From Phycisphaerales bacterium (GTDB lineage Bacteria; Planctomycetota; Phycisphaerae; Phycisphaerales; JAGLTS01): 64,000 nt of DNA. The stretch lies in NCBI GenBank assembly GCA_023135165.1, contig JAGLTS010000028.1:1-64000 (forward strand), written 5' to 3'. Numbering within the stretch: the stretch's first letter is position 1; each line of letters opens with the position of its first letter. A model generated the notes under the pieces. The model had not been told where the DNA came from, made no database searches, and saw only the letters and a list, made by a program, of their open reading frames with translations. Positions 1 through 9,012 of this stretch are shown here, in pieces. A program made the translations under genes and the position numbers.

Positions 1-387
1 TTTCCGAAGTCGCTTCCGATCGGCTCCGGCGCAGTTCCCGCCATAGCCGACATCGACCTCGACGGCAGAAACGAGATCATCATCGGCGGTTCCTATTGGA
101 ACGGCGTATTGGGCAACTATGACAAGGTCTGGGCGTACGACCTCGGAGGCGGGCCGCACGGCCGAGTCGAGTGGAGCCAGTTCGGCGGCAACGCGAGGCA
201 CACCGGCGTATACGTGCCGGCAACGATCCCCGGCGACCTCGACGGCGACGGCGATGTGGATCAGGCAGACCTGGGCATTCTGCTCGCTGCGTACGGCATC
301 AATGACAGCGGCGACTGTGACGGCGACGGCGATACGGACCAAGCTGACCTGGGCATCCTGCTCGCCAACTACGGGGCAGGCACGTAG
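1..387 (+). CDS. Partial (5' truncated) secreted repeat protein: FG-GAP-like motif followed by a C-terminal double dockerin-type-I-like module
   Basis: Frame 1 is open from nt 1 (FPKSLPIGSGAVPAIADIDLDGRNEIIIGG...), stop at 385-387. The C-terminus carries two DxDGDGDVDQADLGILLAxYG EF-hand/dockerin-like segments. The same module recurs at 10975-11055 and 23704-23866. Confidence 0.6.
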   Translation, partial: FPKSLPIGSGAVPAIADIDLDGRNEIIIGGSYWNGVLGNYDKVWAYDLGGGPHGRVEWSQFGGNARHTGVYVPATIPGDLDGDGDVDQADLGILLAAYGINDSGDCDGDGDTDQADLGILLANYGAGT

Positions 388-499
388 CACCACGCCCGCA
401 GCGCCGGCCGGGGGCATCCCCGCACCCCGCCGTGCGTCATCGGCTACACTCATCGCGCCGACATCCGCATCAACGCATGGGCGCGACGAGGATCAGCAC

Positions 500-1120
500 A
501 TGATCGAGAAACTCCTGATCGCCACGAGAAACGCGCACAAGATCCGGGAGATCAGGGCGGTGCTTGACGCGCTGCCGAATCTGACAATCGAGCTGCTGAG
601 CCTTTCCGACCTGGATGATCCGCCCGATGAGCCTGCTGAGGAGGGCGCGACCTTCCGGGACAATGGGCAGGCCAAGGCGACGTACTACGCCCAGCGCACC
701 GGCATGTGGTGTCTGGCGGATGACTCGGGGCTTGAGGTTGACGCACTCGACGGCGAGCCCGGCGTGCGGTCGGCCCGGTACGCCGGTGAGGGCGGTGATC
801 GACAGGCACGGGACGCTGCGAACAACCGCAAGCTCCTGGCGCAACTCCAGACGATTCCCGATGAGAAACGTGCTGCGCGCTTCGTCTGCGCCATGTGCAT
901 CGCTGACACGAAGGGGGCCGTCCAGTTCCGAGCGACAGGCACGCTGGACGGCATGATCGGCCAGTCACCACGCGGGACGAGCGGCTTCGGCTACGATCCG
1001 CTCGTGGTCATGGCTGACGGTCGAACCGTGGCGGAGCTGACCATGGAGGAGAAGAACGCTCGTTCGCATCGTGGGCAGGCTACGCAACAGGCTGCACACT
1101 GGCTTCAAGGCCAAGCCTGA
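500..1120 (+). CDS. rdgB: Non-canonical purine NTP pyrophosphatase (RdgB/HAM1 family, dITP/XTP pyrophosphatase)
   Basis: ATG at 500 in the frame of track ORF 119..1120. The MIEKLLIATRNAHKIREIRAVL...ADDSGLEVDALDGEPGVRSARYAG...FGYDPLV pattern is typical of Ham1/RdgB. The upstream part of the track ORF is an overlapping-frame artefact. Confidence 0.85.
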   Translation: MIEKLLIATRNAHKIREIRAVLDALPNLTIELLSLSDLDDPPDEPAEEGATFRDNGQAKATYYAQRTGMWCLADDSGLEVDALDGEPGVRSARYAGEGGDRQARDAANNRKLLAQLQTIPDEKRAARFVCAMCIADTKGAVQFRATGTLDGMIGQSPRGTSGFGYDPLVVMADGRTVAELTMEEKNARSHRGQATQQAAHWLQGQA

Positions 1121-1310
1121 CCGCTGCACCGCTCGCCCACAGCAACGATGCGGCTTCTTGAGCCTTCGAGGACTCGTGCATGGACCTCAGGAATCCCCGT
1201 TTCTTTCCCCTTCCGACGGCGGCGAGGGTATACTACTGGTGAGAAAACTAGCCACGGCAGGGGGCTGCGGTGTGCCTGTTTGCACAAGCCCGCTCAACGG
1301 GGGAGTATGA

Positions 1311-3140
1311 ATGCAGACGACACAGCAGCTTCCAGCGAATCGCATGGCGTATCTTGAGTTCCACACACCCGAAGGCTCGTGCAGGTATCAGGTCCAGGGC
1401 GATCGTGTCACGATCGGCAGGCATCCTGACAACATGATCGTCATTCGTGATGAGCGATCGAGCCGATTCCAGTGCGTCGTCGAGCGGCGAGGCAGTCGTT
1501 TTGTCCTGCGGGATCAGGGATCGCGGAACGGCACCAAGCTCAACGGCGATCGCATCACCGATGCCGACCTCCAGCACGGCGACGTCATCCGCATCGGTTC
1601 GACGGAACTGACGTTCATCGATCCGGATGGGCCAGCTCGACCCCCACGCCCGGATGACGCCGTGCCCGTCCGCCTTGAAGACGACCCACAGGTCTTGCCC
1701 GCCGAGGTAGAGCCATTGCCCCTCTCACCGCTCGGGCGAGATCCAGGCGATGATGAAACGCCCACGACAGGCATCCTCGGCGAGCTTGATGACATCAATG
1801 ACCCGCTCAGCGCGATGCACGCTCCCAAGCGATCGCACGACCACCTGCCCAAGTACGCCCAGTCGATCATGGCTGTGATCGACGCCGTCCCGCGCGGGTC
1901 GGTCGATCTCGACGACATCACGATCATCGACGCAGGCGGCGCGGTCAGGCACAAGCGCAGGACCAAGGATGGCGGCGGCGCCGAGGCGATCGACGTCTTC
2001 CGGCTGTTGCTCCTCGCCTGTTTTCGCGCCCGTGCGACCGATCTGCACCTGGAACCGAAGCGCACGAACACGAATGCGCGGATTCGCGTGGATGGCTTCC
2101 TCCTCAAGCTCTCGGACATGCCCAAGTCGATCGGGCAACGAATCCGCATCGCGGTGAAAGTGCTCTGCCAGATCGACACAGCCCAGCAGCGGATCGTGCA
2201 GGAAGGCCACTTCTCCGTGCAACTGCCCGATCGGCATGTGGACTACCGCGCCAGCTTCACGCCCAGTGTGAACGGACAAAACCTCGTCATCCGCGTCCTC
2301 GACAGTGCCGCCGCGCCCGCTACCTTGAGTCAACTCGGCATGGTCGGCTACATGCACACGCGGGTCAAGAAAATCTCCAGGCAGGATTCGGGACTGCTCA
2401 TGGTCTGCGGGCCGACCGGCTCGGGCAAGACCACAACGCTCTACGCCATCCTCCGAGAAATCGACCGCGAGCAGCGCAACGTCATCACCATCGAAGATCC
2501 TATTGAGTTCCAGATCGAAGGCGTGACGCAGCTTCCGGTCAACGACGATCGGGGCAACTCGTTCAGCGGCCTGCTGCGCAGCGTGCTCCGCCAAGACCCG
2601 GATGTGCTCCTCGTCGGCGAGATCCGTGATATCGAGACGGCACGCACAGCCATGCAAGCCTCGATGACGGGCCACGTCGTCCTCACCACGGTGCACGCGC
2701 GCGACACGATCGGCTCGATCTTCCGATTGATCGACCTGGGTGTCGAGCCTTACCTCGTCGCCAACGCGCTGAACATGGTGCTCGCGCAACGGCTCATCCG
2801 CCGGCTCTGCTCCGCATGCAAGAAGCCCGTCGCCGTCACGCCGACGCAGTCGATGTCGATGGGGCGCTTCATCGAGGGCGTGAGCGAGATCATGTCGCCC
2901 GTTGGATGCAAGAAGTGCTTGCGCACCGGGTTCCACGGCCGGCGCGCCATCTTCGAGCTGTTGCAGTTCAACGACGAGCTGCGCGACATCATCCTCAAAG
3001 AGCCGACCATCCAAGCCATGCGCCGCGTGATTGCGACCGGGCTGTTCACAACGCTGCAGCAGAGCGCATACCAGCTTGTCGCCAGGGGTCGGACGAGTTA
3101 CAGCGAAGCCGAGCGCGTGGCCGGCACCATCGATGGGTGA
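1311..3140 (+). CDS. FHA-domain-containing GspE/PilB-family secretion ATPase (type II secretion / type IV pilus traffic ATPase)
   Basis: N-terminal FHA fold (TIGRHPDNMIVIRDERSSRFQCVVERRGSRFVLRDQGSRNGTKLNG). GspE N2 domain, Walker A GPTGSGKTTTLYAIL, Walker B VLLVGEIRD and a C-terminal CxxC...C tetracysteine. RBS GGGGAG 5 nt upstream. Confidence 0.85.
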   Translation: MQTTQQLPANRMAYLEFHTPEGSCRYQVQGDRVTIGRHPDNMIVIRDERSSRFQCVVERRGSRFVLRDQGSRNGTKLNGDRITDADLQHGDVIRIGSTELTFIDPDGPARPPRPDDAVPVRLEDDPQVLPAEVEPLPLSPLGRDPGDDETPTTGILGELDDINDPLSAMHAPKRSHDHLPKYAQSIMAVIDAVPRGSVDLDDITIIDAGGAVRHKRRTKDGGGAEAIDVFRLLLLACFRARATDLHLEPKRTNTNARIRVDGFLLKLSDMPKSIGQRIRIAVKVLCQIDTAQQRIVQEGHFSVQLPDRHVDYRASFTPSVNGQNLVIRVLDSAAAPATLSQLGMVGYMHTRVKKISRQDSGLLMVCGPTGSGKTTTLYAILREIDREQRNVITIEDPIEFQIEGVTQLPVNDDRGNSFSGLLRSVLRQDPDVLLVGEIRDIETARTAMQASMTGHVVLTTVHARDTIGSIFRLIDLGVEPYLVANALNMVLAQRLIRRLCSACKKPVAVTPTQSMSMGRFIEGVSEIMSPVGCKKCLRTGFHGRRAIFELLQFNDELRDIILKEPTIQAMRRVIATGLFTTLQQSAYQLVARGRTSYSEAERVAGTIDG

Positions 3141-3155
3141 CGCGACGGCCTACGC

Positions 3156-4421
3156 CTACGCGTTTTCCGGCGCCTGGTGCATATGCACATCCTGCTGTGG
3201 GAACGGAATCGAGATGCCTTCCGCGTCGAATCGCTCCTTCACGGCTCGCGTCACATCCCAATACACCGTCCAGTAGTCCACCGTCTTGGACCAGGGCCGA
3301 ACAATGAAGTTGACGGATGAGTCCGCCAGTTCGTGCAGCTTGATGGTCGTCTCGGGATCGTTGAGCACGAGTTCGTGTCCCGTCGCGATCTCCTCCAGAA
3401 TCCGCATCGCCTTGCCGATGTCGTCGGAGTAGCTGATGCCGAAGACCATATCGACGCGTCGCGTGTCGTTCCCCGTGATGTTGGTGATCACACCGCCCCA
3501 GATCGAGTTGTTCGGCACGATGATGATTTGATTGTCAAACGTTGTGATCGTCGTCGACACGAGCGTCATGGCCTTGACGACGCCCGAGACGCCCGCCATG
3601 TTCACGGCGTCGCCGATGTCGTAAGGCCGGTAGAACAGGATCATGATGCCGCTGGCGAAGTTGCTCAGCGTCCCTTGCAGCGCGAAGCCGACGATGAAGC
3701 CGACCGCTCCGATCGCCGCGAGGAACGGGCCGATGTTGACCCCGAGCATCGAGAGCGCGACGACGATTCCGATCACGAGCGTCATCTTGCTCGCGAGGCT
3801 GACGAGGAACTCGCGCAGGAGCACGGATGTCTTCTTGACCTTCCCGAGCGCGCGGTTCGTGATGCCGCCGACGATCCGGGCGATGATCCAGAAGACGATC
3901 AGCGTGACAAGAAAGAGGCCGATGTTCACGCCCCACCGGAGTCCGCCCTCGCTCGAGCCGAGCCAGTTCGTGATCGTCATCCACACGGCGCTGGTGTCGG
4001 TGACATCGACGCTCAGGCCGGTGACGGCGGCGATGTAGAGATCGTACGCCTCGGTGTCGCCTCCCTTGGCATTGAGGGCATCGACGGCTGTGCGGAGCCG
4101 ATCAACGAGCCGTGCCCGTTCGCTGCGCAGCTCCGCCGCCTGCGTGACCAGGGCTTGCTTGGCGTCACCCTCGACCTTCCCGATCTGAATCTCGACATGG
4201 CTGATCTGATGCGCCTTGGCCTGGAGCACGCCCATCCACGCATCAGCCTCGATCACCAACTCATCGCGGGTGAGCGGCACGAGCAGCACCTTCAGATCAG
4301 ACGTCGAGATGTCAGCATTCCCAGCCGTCGTCGCAGGCTGCCCGACTGCCTCACCGGGAACCAGCAGCGGTATCATCAAGGCGAGCAGAAGCGCAAGCGT
4401 GTGAAAAAGCGATCGATTCAT
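3156..4421 (-). CDS. Mechanosensitive ion channel, MscS family, with signal peptide and periplasmic coiled N-domain
   Basis: PFLAAIGAVGFIVGFALQGTLSNFASGIMILFYRPYDIGDAVNMAGVSGVVKAMTLVSTTITTFDNQIIIVPNNSIWGG is the MscS pore/beta-domain signature. N-terminal hydrophobic signal. Confidence 0.8.
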   Translation of the reverse strand: MNRSLFHTLALLLALMIPLLVPGEAVGQPATTAGNADISTSDLKVLLVPLTRDELVIEADAWMGVLQAKAHQISHVEIQIGKVEGDAKQALVTQAAELRSERARLVDRLRTAVDALNAKGGDTEAYDLYIAAVTGLSVDVTDTSAVWMTITNWLGSSEGGLRWGVNIGLFLVTLIVFWIIARIVGGITNRALGKVKKTSVLLREFLVSLASKMTLVIGIVVALSMLGVNIGPFLAAIGAVGFIVGFALQGTLSNFASGIMILFYRPYDIGDAVNMAGVSGVVKAMTLVSTTITTFDNQIIIVPNNSIWGGVITNITGNDTRRVDMVFGISYSDDIGKAMRILEEIATGHELVLNDPETTIKLHELADSSVNFIVRPWSKTVDYWTVYWDVTRAVKERFDAEGISIPFPQQDVHMHQAPENA

Positions 4422-4520
4422 GGGTCGTACCTTTCTCTTTTCTGTGATGGAAGGGTGCTCTAGGGTGGCTGGGCAACGGTTCCCCGCACGCGTTCTGTCG
4501 GCGTCGAGCCGGTTGACCGC

Positions 4521-5192
4521 TCAGCCGTGGCGGTACGTGTCGCCCGCCTGCATGGTCTTCACTTCGACGCCCGCCGGTGCGAAGCCGGACACATCGTTTG
4601 TCAGTAGCGGCCAAGTCCCCCAGTGGATCGGGATCGCCACCTTCGGTTTGATGAACTCGGCAGCCTTCGCAGCCTGCTCGGGCCCCATCGTGAACCGGTC
4701 TCCGGCCGGGATCGCCGCCACATCCACGCCGTACATCTCGCCGATCAGCTTCATGTCGGAGAACAGGCACGTGTCGCCGCAGTGGTAGAATGTGACGCCC
4801 GCCATGTTCACGATGACGCCGCACGGCATGCCCATGTACACGCCGTCATACGACGACGAGTGGAATGCCTGCGTCAGCGCGATGAACCCGAAGGGTGTCA
4901 TGATCTTCCCGCCTGGATTGCCCGGCTCAACCTTGGACACGCCCTGACTGCCTGCGTAGTTGCAGATCTCAAACGCAGCAACAATCGTTGCGTCGTTCGC
5001 CTTGGCGATCCGCACGCTGTCGCCCATGTGGTCGGCATGGCCATGCGTCAGCGCGATGTAGTCGCACGTGATGTCAGCGGGCTTGTGCACAGCGACGGGG
5101 TTGTCGGTGAGAAACGGGTCGATGGCGATCGTGTGGGAACCATCGCTGAGCAGAAAGCCGGCATGTCCGAGGAAAGTGATGTCAAGCGGCAT
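4521..5192 (-). CDS. MBL-fold metal-dependent hydrolase (UPF0173-like)
   Basis: HGHADH metallo-beta-lactamase motif (IALTHGHADHMGDSV). Size 223 aa. Confidence 0.75.
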   Translation of the reverse strand: MPLDITFLGHAGFLLSDGSHTIAIDPFLTDNPVAVHKPADITCDYIALTHGHADHMGDSVRIAKANDATIVAAFEICNYAGSQGVSKVEPGNPGGKIMTPFGFIALTQAFHSSSYDGVYMGMPCGVIVNMAGVTFYHCGDTCLFSDMKLIGEMYGVDVAAIPAGDRFTMGPEQAAKAAEFIKPKVAIPIHWGTWPLLTNDVSGFAPAGVEVKTMQAGDTYRHG

Positions 5193-5246
5193 GGTGTTGT
5201 TCCGCGTGGAGGACTATGGGAGGTTCAGCGACGCGCATGCGGCGCG

Positions 5247-5717
5247 TCAGCTGGCCGGCGGCACGATGCGAATGACCTTCGGCTCGACGAGCCTGCTGAA
5301 GTCCTCGTATCGAAGTTGAAGCAGTTCGGTATGCGAACCGGCGTTGAAGGCGATCTCCTCATCCTCCGTGAGGGATTCGTCAACGTAAACCGGCATGCCG
5401 AAGAGGTTGCCGAACGGCGGCATCGCACCGACCTCGCAGCCGGGGAACAAGTCGGCGAATTGGCTTTCCTCAGCAACCTGCACGACCGACGCGTTCACCG
5501 TGTCGCGGAAGAAGTCGAGCCGCAGCTTGTGCGTCGCGGGCATGACGACCATGGCCAGCTTGCCGTCGATGTCGACGATCACCGTCTTGGCCAGGTTCTG
5601 GCCATGAACGTGCGCTGCGGCAGCGGTGCCTTGGGCGGTGTAGGCGACCGTGTGAGGGATGAGTTGGTAGTTGACGCGGTGCTCGTCGAGGAAGTTCTTG
5701 AGTTTCGTCAGTGGCAT
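5247..5717 (-). CDS. YbaK/aminoacyl-tRNA-synthetase-associated deacylase-domain protein
   Basis: Start moved to internal ATG at 5717 (MPLTKLKNFL), preceded by TAAGGAG RBS. GCEVGAMPPFG motif typical of the YbaK/ProX deacylase domain. Confidence 0.7.
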   Translation of the reverse strand: MPLTKLKNFLDEHRVNYQLIPHTVAYTAQGTAAAAHVHGQNLAKTVIVDIDGKLAMVVMPATHKLRLDFFRDTVNASVVQVAEESQFADLFPGCEVGAMPPFGNLFGMPVYVDESLTEDEEIAFNAGSHTELLQLRYEDFSRLVEPKVIRIVPPAS

Positions 5718-6607
5718 GGCTCGCTCCTTATGCATGCATGGTGCGCAGCGACGGTCGCGGCTCTCTGTAGTCCAGAATATCGGACGCCGGCCGTGGAGCA
5801 AGCGAAACCGCCCAAAGAGTCGGAAACAGACTGCCCGTCATCGCTCGGATGGGAGTGGTGGGTCCGCCGGAGGTCCGCCATGGGCGGACTTCGCTCAAGG
5901 TGGTGGGGGTGGGGGACGCTTGGCGGGAACGACGAAAACGCGCCTCGAAGCGGAGAGCCTCGAGGCGCGGGGTGGGACCACCTGTCATGCGAAGCCCGGG
6001 TGGCGTTCACGCGGTCGCCAGCGGCGTGGCGGACGATGCGCGTGACGGCCGAGGCCTCCGCACAAGGGTGGGGATGAGCAAGATGAACCGAGCGCGCATC
6101 CACGCCCGACCAGGAAAAAGTGTGCTCGAATACGTTCTCCGCAGATGACCGTGGTGTTGTCACACGCATCGTGAGCCCCGGTGCTCTCGATGCGTGCTCG
6201 CGGTCGTCTCAACCGGTGAATCCGGGGTTGCTTCGCATCTAAGGTACACCGACGATGATGAGAGACAACGGGTTTTCTCGACATCGCTGCGATTTCAACC
6301 TCGCAGGTCCGGAAACAGCGTCCGCCGATGCCAGCCGGAACATGCCTGATGACGGATTTGGATCGCGCCCAACCGATGCCCGGCATGTGATCGTCCGGAT
6401 GGCGGCCAATTCGGGAGATCTCGGGTTGGGAGAGCCGTCCGTCACGCCGGAGCGGGTGAGCATCTCGGTTCTCACAGGGCCCCAATGCGGTATCCTCAGT
6501 GACTGGAATCGGACCTGAATCACTTCCGCCATCAGCATGATGATTGCGTTGTTCGCCATGATCGCATCGCCATGTTATGTACTCGGTGAACACGGAGGCA
6601 TATCACC

Positions 6608-7558
6608 ATGAACTATGTGTTTGGTCCCGTACCGTCGCGCCGCCTTGGGCGTTCGCTGGGCGTTGATACGGTGCCCCTGAAGACATGCAATTGGAACTGC
6701 GTGTACTGCCAGATCGGCCGGAGCCGGCCCGTCGTGAACGCGCGCCGCGAGTACCTGCCGAAGGAAGATATCCTTGCGGAAGTGAAACATGCGCTGAGCC
6801 TGCATCAACCGGGTGACATCGATTGGGTGACGTTCGTCGCGTCCGGCGAAACGACGCTGCACAACGGCATCGGTTGGCTGATCCGTCAGGTCAAGGAGAT
6901 GACAGACATTCCAGTCGCGGTCATCACCAACGGATCGCTCCTTTCTCAACAGGAAGTGCGTGAGGAACTCATGGCATGCGATGCTGTGCTGCCCACGCTC
7001 GACGCGGGATCGAGTGAAGTGTTCCGGCGGCTGAACCGTCCGCATCCGGCCCTGACATTCGAGCGTCAAGTCGAAGGACTCATTGCGTTTCGTCGTGAGT
7101 TCACCGGCAGCCTGTGGATCGAAGTGATGCTCGTTCAGGGTGTGAACGACACGGAGGATGCGCTCAAAGACCTCCGAACAGTATTGGATCGCATCGGCCC
7201 CGATGAGGTGCATCTGGTCTCTCCGACGCGATCGCCGGTCGAAACATCAGTGCGTCCGACCGATGAAGCCGGGCTCATGCGGGCGACCGCGATCCTCGGA
7301 GAGATGATAACGGTCGCACCATCCCTCGATGTGACGACCGAGTTGAGGGGATCCGATTCAGTAGTCGACGCAGTGGTTGACATCGTGACGCGGCATCCAA
7401 TGAGTCAAGAACAACTGGAACGAGCGCTGGCGCAATGGGCGCCGGGCCACGTGGAAGAGGCGCTGCGTGATCTGCGCGCCGATCAGAGGGTCCAGACCGT
7501 CCGCAGATATGGGGTGCTATTTTGGACTGGTGCACATGCTGTCTATCCCGAGTCGTGA
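6608..7558 (+). CDS. Radical SAM enzyme (CxxxCxxC, COG0731-like N-terminus PSRRLGRSLGV)
   Basis: CNWNCVYCQ radical-SAM cysteine triad near the N-terminus. GGAGG RBS 9 nt upstream. Lies 255 bp upstream of the Sec-peroxiredoxin/YeeE cluster. Confidence 0.8.
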   Translation: MNYVFGPVPSRRLGRSLGVDTVPLKTCNWNCVYCQIGRSRPVVNARREYLPKEDILAEVKHALSLHQPGDIDWVTFVASGETTLHNGIGWLIRQVKEMTDIPVAVITNGSLLSQQEVREELMACDAVLPTLDAGSSEVFRRLNRPHPALTFERQVEGLIAFRREFTGSLWIEVMLVQGVNDTEDALKDLRTVLDRIGPDEVHLVSPTRSPVETSVRPTDEAGLMRATAILGEMITVAPSLDVTTELRGSDSVVDAVVDIVTRHPMSQEQLERALAQWAPGHVEEALRDLRADQRVQTVRRYGVLFWTGAHAVYPES

Positions 7559-7570
7559 CCGAGATGTGCA

Positions 7571-7600
7571 TTGACAGGGTTTACACAGGCAAGGTACAGT
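7571..7600 (+). promoter_or_regulatory. Candidate sigma70-like promoter (TTGACA-N18-TACAGT) upstream of the Sec-peroxiredoxin operon
   Basis: ttgaca at 7571-7576 and tacagt at 7595-7600, about 215 nt upstream of the prx ATG. Planctomycete promoter consensus is not well established. Confidence 0.25.
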
Positions 7601-7813
7601 CACGGGAGAGGCCCGCGACGGTCGTGGGCTTATCTGGGAATCCGTGGGTCACCCAGATCGTGTTGTTCCATCCGGGGCTGGTCGTGCGCGAAGGGGTTGA
7701 TGATGTCAGCATTGACTGATGGTTGTGTTCAGCCTGCTCGTGGGCCGATTGTGTCCACAACCGACTCCGAGGAGTCATCAATCGCAACCATACCGGCAAA
7801 GGAGGCAAGCATA

Positions 7814-8407
7814 ATGCGTGTCCAGGTTGGCAGAGAAGCTATCGACTTCGAAGCGAGTGCATTTATTGATGGCACGGGATTCAAACCAGTAAGGCTCACG
7901 GACTACAAGGGCAAGTGGATTGTCCTATGCTTTTACCCCGGTGACTTCACCTTCGTCTGACCGACAGAACTGGCGGCGGTCGCCGCCCGGTATGGTCAGT
8001 TGAAGGAACTGGGTGTGGAAGTCCTGGCGATGAGTGTGGACAGCCGATTTGTACACAAGATCTGGCAGGAGCAGGAACTGAGCAAGATGCTGGAGGGCGG
8101 AGTCCCGTTTCCCATGTTGTCGGATGCAGGCGGCAAGGTGGGCCGGATCTATGGTGTCTACGATGAGGCTGCCGGCGTTGATATCCGTGGTCGCTTCATC
8201 ATCGACCCGGACTTCGTCGTGCGTGCTATGGAAGTATTGACTGCGGAAGTCGGGCGAAGTCCCGATGAACTCATTCGTCAGATCAAGGCTTTTCAGCATG
8301 TCCGCGAAACCGGCGAAGTGACGCCATCGGGGTGGCAGCCCGGGCAGGTCGCGCTCAAGCCGGAACCCTCACTGGCCGGGAGGGTGTGGGAAGTCTGGAA
8401 ACCGTGA
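7814..8407 (+). CDS. Selenocysteine-containing peroxiredoxin (AhpC/Prx1-type; in-frame TGA at 7958-7960 replaces the peroxidatic Cys)
   Basis: Track ORFs 7571..7960 and 8000..8407 share a frame and are separated only by TGA. The joined product reads [14 protein letters not shown][U][30 protein letters not shown], the canonical FTFVCPTE Prx active site with TGA at the Cys codon. AAGGAGG RBS 8-10 nt before ATG 7814. The resolving Cys is absent (GEVTPSGW instead of GEVCP). Confidence 0.75.
7972..7987 (+). promoter_or_regulatory. Candidate bacterial SECIS stem-loop immediately downstream of the in-frame UGA
   Basis: ggcggcg-gt-cgccgcc perfect 7-bp GC stem starting 12 nt after the TGA. This is the position expected for a bacterial SECIS. 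Confidence 0.4.
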
Positions 8408-8457
8408 CCCGCGTAGGGGGAGAAGGGCGAAGAGGAGGGCAACAAAGGAGTCATACG

Positions 8458-9012
8458 ATGAAGAACCCGTTGATGCTGACCACGTGGTCGCCCTACGTGG
8501 TGGGGGCGGGCATAGGCATCCTTTCCTGGGTCACCTTCGCCTGGATGGGCAAGGCCCTGGGAACGTCCACCACGATGGCTCGCACCGCAGGTGTACTCAC
8601 GGGGCTGGTCGCGCCGGATCACGTATATGGCAACGCGTACTATCAGAAGTACCTGGGCACGGCCGCCGAGCCAAAAGCCTGGTTCGAATGGCAGTTCGCG
8701 CTGGTCATCATGATGATCATCGGCGCGCTGGTCGCCGCGAAGCTGGCGCGATCCACGTTCGTCGAGCACGTGCCGGAACTGTGGACTTGGCGCTTCGGAC
8801 CGTCGAAGTGGAAGAGGTATCTCGTCGCGTTCGTGGGCGGCATCGTCTTATTGTTCGGCGCGCGACTGGCCGGGGGATGCACATCCGGGCACGGCATCTC
8901 CGGCGGCATGCAGCTTGCGGTTTCGAGCTGGGTGTTCTTCCTGGCGATGTTCGCGTCGGGAGTCGTGACCGCGTTCCTCATGTTCGGAGCAAAGGGGCGA
9001 AGCCATGTTTGA
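8458..9012 (+). CDS. YeeE/YedE family membrane protein (sulfur/selenium-compound transporter component, DUF395)
   Basis: ATG at 8458 with AAAGGAG RBS. GGCTSGHG motif and multiple TM helices. Lies 50 bp after the Prx stop. Confidence 0.8.
   Translation: MKNPLMLTTWSPYVVGAGIGILSWVTFAWMGKALGTSTTMARTAGVLTGLVAPDHVYGNAYYQKYLGTAAEPKAWFEWQFALVIMMIIGALVAAKLARSTFVEHVPELWTWRFGPSKWKRYLVAFVGGIVLLFGARLAGGCTSGHGISGGMQLAVSSWVFFLAMFASGVVTAFLMFGAKGRSHV

Noticed and set aside
1725-3014. 429-aa minus ORF antisense to the GspE ATPase gene
   Set aside because: Lies fully inside a gene with unambiguous Walker motifs on the other strand. GC-frame artefact.
6285-6330. caggtccggaaacagcg resembling the SRP RNA domain IV motif (CAGGUCCGGAAGGAAGCAGC)
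   Set aside because: The flanking sequence does not form the helix 8 hairpin with symmetric loops. Only a partial string match.
5985-6593. 202-aa minus ORF in the long intergenic region before the rSAM gene
   Set aside because: No RBS, odd composition (Arg/His/Cys-rich), and overlaps oppositely oriented ORFs of equal quality. Treated as non-coding.
7958-7960. Reading the in-frame TGA in the peroxiredoxin as a nonsense mutation (pseudogene)
   Set aside because: The stop falls exactly on the catalytic Cys codon. The downstream frame is intact to a proper stop and is followed by a SECIS-like hairpin. Sec recoding is more parsimonious, and I kept it as a finding with explicit refutation criteria.
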